Assembly (NCBI GenBank): GCA_013287605.1
Contig: JABDDM010000006.1
Coordinates: forward strand, 1 to 62,249
Source: Ignavibacteria bacterium
GTDB taxonomy: Bacteria > Bacteroidota > Ignavibacteria > Palsa-1295
Direction: 5' to 3'
Length of the DNA: 62,249 nt
The notes beneath the pieces are model-generated. The model saw only the letters and a list, made by a program, of their open reading frames with translations. It was not told where the DNA came from and did no database searches. Both the position numbers and the translations under genes were made by a program. Below, piece by piece: positions 39,576-49,815 of this stretch (position 1 is the stretch's first letter; each line of letters begins with the position of its first letter).

Positions 39576-41924
39576 ATGCGTCACCCCTTCCTCGTCGTGA
39601 TTATTCTCCTCTTCGCCTATTGTGGACTGGCATCGAAGGGATATGGTCAGCGCGGAGGATGCGTGATTTCCGGTCTTGTCACGGATAGTACCAGTGGCGA
39701 GGTTGTGATCGGAGCAAACATCGCTCTGGCTGAAGACTCAAATAGTAGAAGGGCCTTGCGAGGGGCGGTAACGAATAAATTTGGCTTCTACGCGATAAGT
39801 CAAGTCGAGCCAGGCAATTACTTTTTAACGGTGAAAGCACTGGGTCACCGACCGCTCGTTCGGCACATTATGATCGCACCAACTCAATCCTCGCTGCGGC
39901 TCGATCTTGAGCTCGAGACAGAATTTGTAACATCGGATGTAATCATTGTAGAGAGTGACTCCGACCGAGGCAGTGAACACGCTATAAGCACGACTAACAT
40001 TCGGCCGGATTTTATTCAAAAACTTCCGGCGCTCGGCGGAGAAGTAGATGTACTGAGAGCACTGCAATTACTTCCAGGTGTACAGAGCGTTTCTGAGATC
40101 TCGAGCGGCCTCTATGTTCGCGGTGGTTCGCCCGACCAGAATCTCTACCTATTGGACGGCGCTATCATCTACAATCCATCTCACCTCGGCGGATTTCTTT
40201 CGACCTTCAACGCTGATGCTCTCAACGACATACGATTAATAAAAGGCGCGTTCCCGGCAGAATATGGTGGCAGGCTTTCGAGTGTACTCGATCTTACTAC
40301 ACGAGAAGGATCTCGAGAACATCTGCATGGTTCTGCTGGGCTGAGTTTGATCGATGGAAGGTTGAATATCGAAGGGCCTATCGGAAACGATGTTTCCTAC
40401 ATGCTTTCGGGAAGAAGAATGTATCTCGACCTTCTGCTGCTTGCGGTGCCCGATCGATCGATTATTCCGACTTACTATTTCTACGACTTGAACGGCAAAG
40501 TAACCTTTCGTTTGTCGGGATCAGATAAACTGTCGGTCAGCGGCTACCTCGGACGCGATATTTTTGGGGCGCCGCCTTCCGTTCAAGACTCCGGAAACTT
40601 CGCGGTGAGCTGGGGCAATTCGACTGGCAATCTTCGCTGGACGCATATTGCAACTCCAAATCTGTTTACCAATTTTTCAGCGATCTTCACTGATTATCAT
40701 TTTTCGACGCTCGTCCAGTCCTTAACAGACACATCGAGCGACTTCAAGTCGACATCAGGTATCCGGGACTACATGATCCGTGCTGAAGCTGAATATCTGA
40801 TGAACGACGAACACCATTTCAAGGCCGGCATCGAAGCGACCGAGCACCGATTTCGCGCAGACGCGACAGCCCAACTCTCCCAGTTCTCATCGATCGATAG
40901 GACACCGACGATCATCAACGCATTTGATGGATCGATCTATGGACAGGATGAATGGAAATGGGGCAATAGATTCAAAGGCAATGCTGGCCTCCGGCTGTAT
41001 TATTTCCAGGGTGGAAATTATTTCCGAGCAGAGCCACGGCTGTCGATGAAGTATGCGCTAGACGACAATTTTTCTCTCACCGGCGCTTTCAGTATCGCTG
41101 ATCAATTCTTGCACTTGATCGTCCGCAATGATATTTCCCTTCCGACTGACGTGTGGTTTCCTTCAACTCAGACCATCAAATCGGAAGCTGCACAGCAAGG
41201 CGTGCTTGGTATTGAAACATCGATATTGGGTCAAGATTATTTTTTGAGCGTCGAAGGCTATTACAAGTCGATGCAGAACCTCTACGAGTATAAAGACACA
41301 GCCAACTTCAGCCTGGATGTACCGTTGGAGAATTCATTCACAGCAGGCAGCGGCGTTGCGTACGGCGTCGAGCTGTTCCTGAACAAACGCGTTGGTCCAC
41401 TCACAGGTTGGATCGGCTACACGCTTGCCTGGACGCGCCGCACGTTTCCTGAACTCAACAATGGCAATCCGTTCTATCCGAGATATGACCGAAGACATGA
41501 CATCAGCATCGTCCTCACCTACAAAGTAAATGATCGCTGGGAATTCGGTGCCACATGGATGTACGGCACAGGGCAGGCCGTTACGGTGCCGACGAATCAG
41601 TATGTGTTCGATCCGATCAACCCAGTTGATCGCTTTTCTTATTACAACAACTACTCATATGGTTATGGCGATCGGAACAACTATCGATTACCGGCATTCC
41701 ATAAGTTGGATATCAGTGCAACTCATTCATTCACATGGTTCGGTCTGCCGTGGAAGCTGATGCTGGATGTCTACAATGTCTACGCTCGGCAAAATGTTTT
41801 TTTACAGAATATCGAACGAACATATACATACGATAATCTTGGTAATCGTACCAGCAGCATTCAAGTGCATCGCGTGACGCTCTTTCCAATCATCCCAACC
41901 TTCGGACTCTCATGCGCTTTCTAA
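39576..41924 (+). CDS. TonB-dependent receptor with carboxypeptidase-regulatory-like N domain
   Basis: ISGLVTDSTSGE..GANI; plug LQLLPGV..YVRGGSPDQNLYLLDG; PAEYGGRLSSV; barrel strands ending in F. Confidence 0.92.
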   Translation: MRHPFLVVIILLFAYCGLASKGYGQRGGCVISGLVTDSTSGEVVIGANIALAEDSNSRRALRGAVTNKFGFYAISQVEPGNYFLTVKALGHRPLVRHIMIAPTQSSLRLDLELETEFVTSDVIIVESDSDRGSEHAISTTNIRPDFIQKLPALGGEVDVLRALQLLPGVQSVSEISSGLYVRGGSPDQNLYLLDGAIIYNPSHLGGFLSTFNADALNDIRLIKGAFPAEYGGRLSSVLDLTTREGSREHLHGSAGLSLIDGRLNIEGPIGNDVSYMLSGRRMYLDLLLLAVPDRSIIPTYYFYDLNGKVTFRLSGSDKLSVSGYLGRDIFGAPPSVQDSGNFAVSWGNSTGNLRWTHIATPNLFTNFSAIFTDYHFSTLVQSLTDTSSDFKSTSGIRDYMIRAEAEYLMNDEHHFKAGIEATEHRFRADATAQLSQFSSIDRTPTIINAFDGSIYGQDEWKWGNRFKGNAGLRLYYFQGGNYFRAEPRLSMKYALDDNFSLTGAFSIADQFLHLIVRNDISLPTDVWFPSTQTIKSEAAQQGVLGIETSILGQDYFLSVEGYYKSMQNLYEYKDTANFSLDVPLENSFTAGSGVAYGVELFLNKRVGPLTGWIGYTLAWTRRTFPELNNGNPFYPRYDRRHDISIVLTYKVNDRWEFGATWMYGTGQAVTVPTNQYVFDPINPVDRFSYYNNYSYGYGDRNNYRLPAFHKLDISATHSFTWFGLPWKLMLDVYNVYARQNVFLQNIERTYTYDNLGNRTSSIQVHRVTLFPIIPTFGLSCAF

Positions 41925-42763
41925 CATTCCTCTCCTTCATTGCCGCAACGTTGCTGATTGCCGGGTGCGAATCGCTTAGCAATCCAACGGACCTGCCCTA
42001 TGAGGAATTGCTCGTTGTCCGCGGAGTCCTGACCGCAGGACATATCATCGATTCGATTCAGATCGAAAGGACACTCCCGCTAACCGCGCACATTTCCGGT
42101 AGTGGATATAACCATGATACCGCGTCGTTCCTGCCAACTGCAAATGCGACCCTGAGCTTCAATGGAACACCGATGGGATTGCGGTACAAGGGAAACGGTT
42201 ATTTCACGAGCGATTCGATTGTTGCTCAACCAGGCGTGACATACTCTCTCGACGTTTCGGCAGATGGCAAACATGCATTTGCGCAGACGATCATACCGCA
42301 CTATGTAACCTTCGATTCGATCGGTATCAAGATCGATTCCGGCAACGGAAGGCCTCCGTTAGTTACTCTCAGTATTGATTTTAGTCACGATCCATACGCA
42401 CCTTATACTTACTACGCATTTACTTCCGATTCGCTGGGAGTCTACCAATTCTATTCTCTGTGGACTTGCAGGCTTGATACTTCCATCGAACGCGCAACCA
42501 TCGCCAATATCAGCGCTGAGTTCTTCAATACGACTGATTCAACGATCATCCATCGCCAGCTCTCGAAGACCACACTTGGTGTGATTACATTCGATCGCGC
42601 TTATTACGATTACTTCCGAAGCAGTAATTTTGGATTTTATGCTAACGGCACTGATCTCCCCTTCTCAAGTTCAACGCACAACACGAACGTAATTTGGAAC
42701 GTGCATGGTGATGGCTTTGGAATGTTCGTCGGGAGGGCGATCACGATTGTGCATCTACATTGA
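41912..42763 (+). CDS. DUF4249-like lipoprotein
   Basis: Lipobox IAGC; LLVVRGVL; YYDYF..NVHGDGFGMF; overlaps the receptor stop, a typical pairing. Confidence 0.8.
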   Translation: MRFLTFLSFIAATLLIAGCESLSNPTDLPYEELLVVRGVLTAGHIIDSIQIERTLPLTAHISGSGYNHDTASFLPTANATLSFNGTPMGLRYKGNGYFTSDSIVAQPGVTYSLDVSADGKHAFAQTIIPHYVTFDSIGIKIDSGNGRPPLVTLSIDFSHDPYAPYTYYAFTSDSLGVYQFYSLWTCRLDTSIERATIANISAEFFNTTDSTIIHRQLSKTTLGVITFDRAYYDYFRSSNFGFYANGTDLPFSSSTHNTNVIWNVHGDGFGMFVGRAITIVHLH

Positions 42764-42827
42764 CACCGCTGGCGGCGAGCGTGAGCGCTTGACGCACGAT
42801 CCACCCATCACTTATGTTAAGTGAGCA

Positions 42828-43229
42828 GTGGTTTCAGGGAAGTTCTCAACGACTGATCTCTTCTCCACAAACAATCCTTTGAAATTTGCGCATTCGATTA
42901 AGGATACAGCGATCCTTGTCGGTCGGACATCGAACGCAGAAGTATTGCTACCGTCACCTCATACGTATTCGCTTAGCGCTCCAATCCCGAATCCATTTAA
43001 CTCCTCGACATCGCTTCCGATCGAACTCAAGAACGCAAGCAGGATCACGGTCACGATCGTGAACATACTTGGAGTCGAAACAACATTGATCCGCGATCGA
43101 CTAATGAAGGCAGGCGCTGCCTCGCTGCCACTTGATCTTCATGGCTATCCTGCCGGAATCTATCAGGCGAGAGTGCTCGTCAATGGGGTCTTCGCTGGCT
43201 CACAGAAGCTGGTGAGGATTTCGGAGTAA
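42828..43229 (+). pseudogene. Stand-alone T9SS C-terminal domain ORF without signal peptide (probable gene remnant)
   Basis: PNPFNSST..IVNILG..YPAGIY..SQKLVRI; in-frame TGA two codons upstream of the GTG start. Confidence 0.55.
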
Positions 43230-43301
43230 ACGAAATCCTACTTCGAATGATGAAGTAGACCGGACGAGGACGGCCACCTTCACGTCTCCCCTTCTCGCGA
43301 T

Positions 43302-43706
43302 TCATCGCTTAAGCCATTCCTCAAGCGGCTTCCAGTAATATTCGATCCAGCCTTGCTTGATCGATTCGAATTGCGCTGCTGGGATCCCGGTCTGCGTGAA
43401 TGTGAGTTTGGTCTTGCTACGCCCGGCAGGCGAGAGCGAAAACGTTGCTTTGGAATAATGCTCTGCCGGCCAATCGGAGCCGCGCCAGTTCTGGACGATC
43501 TTTCGATTGGGCACCAACTCTAGGTTTATCCCTTGAATATATCCGTCTGACGCAGTGAAACTTCCTCCAACCTTCGTGCTCACTTTCGATTTCGAACCTG
43601 TGAACTGCGAGTGCTTGCGTGAATCCATAATCGCTTCGTAGAGATCGCTCGCCCTTGCATTGAAGGTCCGCGTTTGACGCAGGTTTTTCGTTTTTAGCTC
43701 CGCCAT
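43302..43706 (-). CDS. SRPBCC/AHSA1 domain protein
   Basis: LYEAIMD..GGSF..ELVPNRKIVQNWR..TKLTFTQTGIP..GWIEYYW. Confidence 0.9.
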   Translation of the reverse strand: MAELKTKNLRQTRTFNARASDLYEAIMDSRKHSQFTGSKSKVSTKVGGSFTASDGYIQGINLELVPNRKIVQNWRGSDWPAEHYSKATFSLSPAGRSKTKLTFTQTGIPAAQFESIKQGWIEYYWKPLEEWLKR

Positions 43707-43712
43707 TGCTGA

Positions 43713-45089
43713 TCAGAACGAGAATGCATTCGAAAACGGATTGGCATTCGCATCCCGAGCCGTGAGCGGAGTCAAGCTCCACCGCTTCTCGATGAATGCG
43801 AGGATCGAGAGTGTTTCGTATTGTGTGTGATCGATAAAGCCAGTCTTTGCGAACGGAGAAATGATGATTCCTGGTACGCGTGTACCTGGTCCCCACTTAT
43901 CGATTGTTGGCGGCGCGACATGATCCCAGAAGCCGCCATGCTCGTCATAAGTAATGATGATTACACAGTCATTCCAGTTCGGACCGTTTCGAACTGCATT
44001 GATGAGATCGAGTGTGTACTTCTCTCCTTTTGCAAGATCGGTATATCCAGGATGTTCGTTGTCATCGCCGAGTGGCTTTACGAAAGACACTGCAGGCAAT
44101 GTACCTGCGGCAGCAGCAGCTCGAAAATCAATTTCGTCCTTCAAGTGATCCTTCTTTGCTTGCGTACCATCGGCAAAGTTTGCATAATAGGCAAACGGCT
44201 GATGGTGGAATTGGAATAGCTTATCGGGAGTACCGCTTAGAGCATTATTCCAGCCCCCCGAGTACCATGCCCAGGTAATATTTGCAGCCGAAAGACGATC
44301 GCCGATCGTGGGATTGGTCTGATTAGGAACGAGTTGTGCGGCAGGTACCGATGATGGGTGGGGTGTATTGACCGTGAAGGAAGTATTAATCGCAAATCCA
44401 TCCGGCGAGACAAATCCATCCTGGATGACCTTTCCATTTGCATCTAGCTTTGCGACCACCGAGGTCGGGGCATTCGGAAATGTTGGCGGAGCGGCGGCGA
44501 TGAAGAACTGGTGATTGAGGAAGGAGCCTCCGAACGCACTATGGAAGAATCTGTCACATAGCACATAGTGCTTCGCTTCAACGGCAAGCGGAAGTTCGGC
44601 GGTGTGATAAAAGCCGACACTTAATCCCTTCGCATCGCTGATCAGCGCATATTTATCCATCTTCCCGCCATCGATCTGTCCCTGCTCCTGGTAGTAGCGA
44701 TGCACAAGATCACTTGTGAGGCTATCCCATGGACGATACTGATCGATATTAAACGGTTTGTTTGGAAGATTATTGGGATACGGCGAGCCAGTTACAAACG
44801 GCAGTACCGCCATCGGATTCCCTGCGGAATCGACTTGCGTTTGAGTAGCTGACGCATTCGCGAGGCCGTCTGCACCTGCAAATTCTCCGTACAGATTATC
44901 AAAGCTGTGGTTCTCAAGGTAGATCACGACGACGTGATTCACTTTGTTAATGCCTGTCGCTGGAGGCGTGCCCGGCGTGTTCGAATCTTTACAACCGGTC
45001 AGAAAAAAGAAAAGTGAGAGCGCGATACTAAACATGACAGAATTGCGTGATCTGAGAAGCGATTGGTTGTGCGAATATACCGGTGACAT
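43713..45089 (-). CDS. Acid phosphatase AcpA / phospholipase C family lipoprotein (start uncertain: 45035 or 45089)
   Basis: Lipobox LTGC; HVVVIYLENHSFDNLYG; FGGSFLNH; TYDEHGGFWDHV; GTRVP. Confidence 0.9.
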   Translation of the reverse strand: MSPVYSHNQSLLRSRNSVMFSIALSLFFFLTGCKDSNTPGTPPATGINKVNHVVVIYLENHSFDNLYGEFAGADGLANASATQTQVDSAGNPMAVLPFVTGSPYPNNLPNKPFNIDQYRPWDSLTSDLVHRYYQEQGQIDGGKMDKYALISDAKGLSVGFYHTAELPLAVEAKHYVLCDRFFHSAFGGSFLNHQFFIAAAPPTFPNAPTSVVAKLDANGKVIQDGFVSPDGFAINTSFTVNTPHPSSVPAAQLVPNQTNPTIGDRLSAANITWAWYSGGWNNALSGTPDKLFQFHHQPFAYYANFADGTQAKKDHLKDEIDFRAAAAAGTLPAVSFVKPLGDDNEHPGYTDLAKGEKYTLDLINAVRNGPNWNDCVIIITYDEHGGFWDHVAPPTIDKWGPGTRVPGIIISPFAKTGFIDHTQYETLSILAFIEKRWSLTPLTARDANANPFSNAFSF

Positions 45090-45389
45090 GCGAGCGGTCA
45101 GGATTGTACGTGAGATTGCCAGCCTCCGAATGAGGCGATCCTTTCCGCTCATTCGCGAGCGCAATGAGCGGAACAAGGATTTTGTTATTTGACCGCAAAA
45201 CTATTTTTCGCACATCAATAAAACGTAACCTTTGTTTTACCTTGGCATTACCAATGCAAATTCTCTTCGTAAATAGATTGGTCCCGCAGGGAAGTGCTGA
45301 GTTCTATCCAGCATGCAGCCGCGATGCGCAGCTGCATGTGTTCGCAGTAATTGGTGAGAATCAGTCCAGGCGCCGGTGGTTCAGATGAT

Positions 45390-46988
45390 CTAATGTTTGA
45401 TCACCAGAACATTAAACTGCGCACTGACGGGGATGAAGGTTCCTAAGCCACCCTCATTAAAGATGACCCACTTTCCTGCCCCAACCAGGTAATAGACTCC
45501 AATCGGAAAGTTGCAAAAAATGGGCATCGCAGGATTCTGAAGCGGCGTGACGAACAACGAAGCACTTGGATCGCCATCAGTGAGTGCATTCGTGATCACT
45601 GTATAATTCAGCGCGATGTTGGCAGGAGTAGCGGTGTGGATAAAGGCAGGCTGATTCCCACCTGTCACTTTTATCGCTCCATTGTTGACCTCAAGCGATG
45701 TGCCCGCACCAACTCCGTTGAATGTTGACTTCACTCCTGGCCCTCCGCCACTCGATCCGAAAACTCCTGGACCAGCACCGCTCGTGACTCCTTCAATCGC
45801 AGGATTTGCATTCGAAGAATTCGTAACCGTGAAGGATCCAGCTATGCCGTTCGTGCTCGTTCCTCGCACTCCATTGCCATTGGTCGATGAGCCATCGACA
45901 CCGGAATGCGAAGCGTCATACGAGATCCCCGCAACACCATTGCCAACATTGCTGAACCCAGTGATTCCTGCGCCAGCACTAAACGTTGTGTTGCTGCTTC
46001 CATCCGTCACGACTCCGAAGACTCCGCCGCTCGAACTTCCGCCACTTGCAATGAGACCAAAGCTATTCGTCGAGCGTGCAGTGATCGCACCAGCGCCGCC
46101 AGCGCCGTTACTACTTGCGTCAACAATAAGCGTCGACTGCGTGCTGCTTGAAGTGTCAACATTCCGCAACCACATTAACCTGCCGGTCCCTCGCTGCGTG
46201 ATTGCAAAAAGTAGGTTGGCACTCGAATCGCTGACATTAAACGGGAGCGCGAGCGTGGCCGTAGGCGGCGGCGCGTAGACAAGTCCGCTTCCGTTATAAG
46301 TAATGACGTTTCCCGAGCCTGCACCAAAAGTGCTGAGCTTCGTCAGCGGGATGGAAGCATTCGGCAAAGTTAGATTCGCGACTGGGCCGCTTGGATTTGC
46401 AATGCCGATGGAGCCATCCGTGCTCTGTACTCCCTGCATTCCTGTTCCTCCCACGCCTGATGAGCTGATGAGAATCGTATCACCATTCGGGACTACAGCC
46501 GTGTTACCACCGCCCATTAGCGTGATCCTTCCCACACGTCCGTTCAGTGAAGTCACACCTTTTATCCCGGGCGTCGAAAGTGAATCTGCCGTAACTGCAT
46601 GCGTCGCAAGAATCGCATAAGGGGCGGGATCGATCTCTGTCTTTGGCGTCAGCTCGTTGCCCCCGCTCGGAGTGATGCCGAGATAATACATCTCATGAAA
46701 ATCCATCGACAGAGGAAACGCTGGATCTTGTCCAAGAGGCACACTGAAGATGCCATTACTCAGCGTCAGCGTCTGTGTGGACGTCCAGAGTGTTGCTCCG
46801 GCTGAGTTATAGATCTTGAATGTGATCTGGCGCGAACCGTTGACGAGTTGATTATTCTCAAGCAGTGTTCCTTGATAGGTAAAAACCCGTTTCAGTTGAG
46901 CGTTTACCGTGAGTGGAATGGTCAGAAGATTTACAAAAAGAGCAGCAGTAAAAAGGAGCGTACGAAGTAAAGAATCAAAATGTCGCAT
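45390..46988 (-). CDS. Secreted Gly-rich fibre/adhesin-like protein
   Basis: Signal peptide; N domain TYQGTL..GIFSVPLG..APYAILA; VTSLNG..G.ITL motif; repeated GVxG units. Confidence 0.75.
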   Translation of the reverse strand: MRHFDSLLRTLLFTAALFVNLLTIPLTVNAQLKRVFTYQGTLLENNQLVNGSRQITFKIYNSAGATLWTSTQTLTLSNGIFSVPLGQDPAFPLSMDFHEMYYLGITPSGGNELTPKTEIDPAPYAILATHAVTADSLSTPGIKGVTSLNGRVGRITLMGGGNTAVVPNGDTILISSSGVGGTGMQGVQSTDGSIGIANPSGPVANLTLPNASIPLTKLSTFGAGSGNVITYNGSGLVYAPPPTATLALPFNVSDSSANLLFAITQRGTGRLMWLRNVDTSSSTQSTLIVDASSNGAGGAGAITARSTNSFGLIASGGSSSGGVFGVVTDGSSNTTFSAGAGITGFSNVGNGVAGISYDASHSGVDGSSTNGNGVRGTSTNGIAGSFTVTNSSNANPAIEGVTSGAGPGVFGSSGGGPGVKSTFNGVGAGTSLEVNNGAIKVTGGNQPAFIHTATPANIALNYTVITNALTDGDPSASLFVTPLQNPAMPIFCNFPIGVYYLVGAGKWVIFNEGGLGTFIPVSAQFNVLVIKH

Positions 46989-47113
46989 GGCCTGATCGAT
47001 TGGAGTTTTTCAGACGGTATTAAAACCCGAAAGGATGAGGGACACCCATCGGGGAAGCCGAAATATACCGCTTTAGAGAACGAAAAGCAAGTCCCGAAAC
47101 GAGCTCCTGAAGC

Positions 47114-48670
47114 TCAATGCATGAGCCTGGCACATGCCTCCGCAACCCGTTCGCCGTCCATCGCTGCGGACACTATTCCTCCCGCGTAACCTGCGCCCTC
47201 TCCTGATGGAAAAAGACCCGAAACCTGCGGATGCATGAGCGTTAACTTGTCACGAGGGATACGTACCGGTGAAGATGTTCGAGATTCCGGAGCGACAAGC
47301 ACTGCTTCATTGGTATAGTATCCACGTCGTTTTTTCCCATAGGCTCGCAGACCTTCGCGTAATCGTTCAGCAACAAATGGAGGAAGCACACTATTCAGAT
47401 CTGCACTGACGACGCCAGGCGTGTATGATGTGACTGGAACATCGCTCGATGTCCGTCCTTCAACAAAATCGATCAGTCGCTGTGCCGGAGCTCGCTGGGT
47501 GTTTCCGCCGGCGACCCATGCAGCATGCTCTACTGATTCCTGGAATCGCATCGCGGCTAATTCTTCGTGCGCTTCGAATTGTTTGAGATCACTTAACTCG
47601 ACGCTGACCACCACACCGGAATTCGCGAATGGATTGTTACGCTTCGAAGGCGACCAGCCATTCGTTACGATTTCTTCCTGCAGCGTCGCACATGGTGCAA
47701 TGACGCCACCTGGACACATACAAAACGAGTAGACGCCTCGATCTTCCATCTGTTCGACAAAGCTGTAAGAGGCAGGCGGCAGGAATGGTCCTCGCTCGGC
47801 ACAATGATATTGCATCTCGTCGATCAATGATTGCGGATGCTCGATCCGCACACCCAGTGCGAACGGCTTTGCCTCGATCGATATCTTCTTCCGCTGTAAC
47901 AACTCGAAGATGTCACGTGCTGAATGACCCGTTGCTAGTATGAGCGCCTTGGCCTCGTGATAATCTTCATGTTGATCACGAACACCTGCAAGTGCTCCGT
48001 TCTTGATCTCAATGTCGGTCACGCGTCTATTAAAATGTATCTCACCACCAGCATGCAGTATGCGCTCGCGCATGCTGACGATGATCTGTGGAAGCTTGTT
48101 GGTGCCGATGTGCGGATGAGCATCGACAAGAATATCTCGCGGCGCACCGAACTCGACGAAGGTTTCAAGAATGCGCTGAATATTTCCGCGTTTGTCGCTA
48201 CGTGTATAGAGCTTACCATCAGAGTACGTACCTGCACCGCCTTCTCCGAACGCATAATTGGAATCGGGATTGACGATGCCTTCGCGATTGATCAGTGCAA
48301 GATCGCGACGTCGCGCTCGCACATCTTTGCCGCGCTCGAGAATCACAGGCTTTACGCCAAGCTCGATCAGACGAAGCGCTGCAAAGAGTCCGGCCGGGCC
48401 AGCGCCTACGATAAGAACTCGATTTGCATCATTGACGGGAGGATAATGCCTGAAAATGAGCTGCGGTGCTGGAGGAGATTCGTCAACGAACAGTTCGACC
48501 TTCAGCAAGACTTTCGGCTCTCTGGACCGCGCGTCGATCGAGCGCTTCAGAACCTCCACGTGCGAGACGCGTGCGAGTTCGACGTTAGCTTCGCCAGCCG
48601 CCAATCGTTTGATCTCATTTGGATCAGCGGCGACCTCGGGTTTCGTTGTTAGCTGGATAGTAATTCGCAT
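47114..48670 (-). CDS. Uncharacterised FAD-dependent oxidoreductase
   Basis: IVGAGPAGL, FGEGGAGTYSDGKL, ATGHSARD, SFCMCPGG, GEGAGYAGGIVSAAMDG. Confidence 0.9.
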   Translation of the reverse strand: MRITIQLTTKPEVAADPNEIKRLAAGEANVELARVSHVEVLKRSIDARSREPKVLLKVELFVDESPPAPQLIFRHYPPVNDANRVLIVGAGPAGLFAALRLIELGVKPVILERGKDVRARRRDLALINREGIVNPDSNYAFGEGGAGTYSDGKLYTRSDKRGNIQRILETFVEFGAPRDILVDAHPHIGTNKLPQIIVSMRERILHAGGEIHFNRRVTDIEIKNGALAGVRDQHEDYHEAKALILATGHSARDIFELLQRKKISIEAKPFALGVRIEHPQSLIDEMQYHCAERGPFLPPASYSFVEQMEDRGVYSFCMCPGGVIAPCATLQEEIVTNGWSPSKRNNPFANSGVVVSVELSDLKQFEAHEELAAMRFQESVEHAAWVAGGNTQRAPAQRLIDFVEGRTSSDVPVTSYTPGVVSADLNSVLPPFVAERLREGLRAYGKKRRGYYTNEAVLVAPESRTSSPVRIPRDKLTLMHPQVSGLFPSGEGAGYAGGIVSAAMDGERVAEACARLMH

Positions 48671-48713
48671 CGGGAGATGCGAACACATCTCAATCGGTCA
48701 AAAGTCCTGTTGG

Positions 48714-49640
48714 CTATTTCGGTTTTCGGAACCAGACGTATCTCTCTTCACCAGCGGAGCCCCCGGTAAACATCGTCGACAAGTCGAGATGCCAATGGAG
48801 CGTATTGGTGACAGAATCAACCTCCGCTGATGCATCGTGACTCAATGCCTCTGGCACCTGAACATTGTACTCAAGCGAGAACATATCGCTCATCATTCCG
48901 CTGAACATTCCCATCATCTTGCTAAGGCTATCCATCATGTGTCCAGAGCCAGACGAATCATCATCTCCGTTTGCATCACGAAGCACCGGATGATAAAGAG
49001 TATTCGAGATCGTCGCATGGCGAGGGCGATTGAACTTCAGCTTTTGAAACATCGGTGGACGCGAGCGCTCGGGAAGACTCTGCATGAATTCATCAAATCG
49101 ATCAAAGCTATTGTGCAGTGTGATCTTGACGGAATCCCCTGATTCCGAAATCATCATCGGAGAAACCTTCTCGACGGGCTTTGCTTTCTTCTTCTTTTTT
49201 GAATGTCCGGAAGTCACTGCTGTATCAGTTGACGGAGAAATGACGATCGAATCAAGATAGCTATACGACGTAAGTTCTGTTGTCATGATGTAGTGAAGTC
49301 CACTATAGGTCGGAGTGTCCATCGCAGTAACACTCTTGACGAAGGACTTCCCTCTTCGAAGTTTCACTTGATCGGCAAAGAGGATCTCGCGTATGGCGTC
49401 AGCGTGAAGCTTATCCCAGATTGGCGACTTCCGTTTTTCGCCAAAGAGCAACGTCGGCGCGGTTGTATCCTTCCCGGCGGCAGCCATATCAAGCATGAGA
49501 CGGTCGATCACCATATCCTCGATGTACGTAACCGATCCGTCCGAGTGAATGATGAGGCTAATAACGCCATTCAGGCATCCGCTGGAACAGACAGCGAGGA
49601 TCAGAAATGCTACAGCCAGGCTGGCACGGTGGATGTTCAT
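48714..49640 (-). CDS. Lipoprotein of unknown function (possibly LppM/DUF3153-like)
   Basis: Lipobox SSGC followed by IHSDGS; TLHW near the C terminus; Lys- and Met-rich patches. Confidence 0.65.
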   Translation of the reverse strand: MNIHRASLAVAFLILAVCSSGCLNGVISLIIHSDGSVTYIEDMVIDRLMLDMAAAGKDTTAPTLLFGEKRKSPIWDKLHADAIREILFADQVKLRRGKSFVKSVTAMDTPTYSGLHYIMTTELTSYSYLDSIVISPSTDTAVTSGHSKKKKKAKPVEKVSPMMISESGDSVKITLHNSFDRFDEFMQSLPERSRPPMFQKLKFNRPRHATISNTLYHPVLRDANGDDDSSGSGHMMDSLSKMMGMFSGMMSDMFSLEYNVQVPEALSHDASAEVDSVTNTLHWHLDLSTMFTGGSAGEERYVWFRKPK

Positions 49641-49815
49641 TGTCGTAGATCAAAGAGCGCGATCTCGCTCGCAGTTATGCGAATATAGCTAAGACTGGAC
49701 ACTACTCAATTACTACCTAACGCGTAACTACTGCCCTGTTTCCGGTATTACTTCATCGATGAGGCCTGTTGCGATCTGCGCGACACTCTGCATTGATTTT
49801 AACTACTAGCTTATC

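Noticed and set aside
38540-43300. Genomic island integrated at tRNA-Lys
   Set aside because: No integrase, no repeated tRNA 3' end seen, and composition resembles the backbone.
45243-45258. Sigma54-like TGGCAT-N5-ATGCA on the plus strand
   Set aside because: It points at the 3' end of an oppositely oriented gene with no plus-strand CDS; could equally be a short palindrome.
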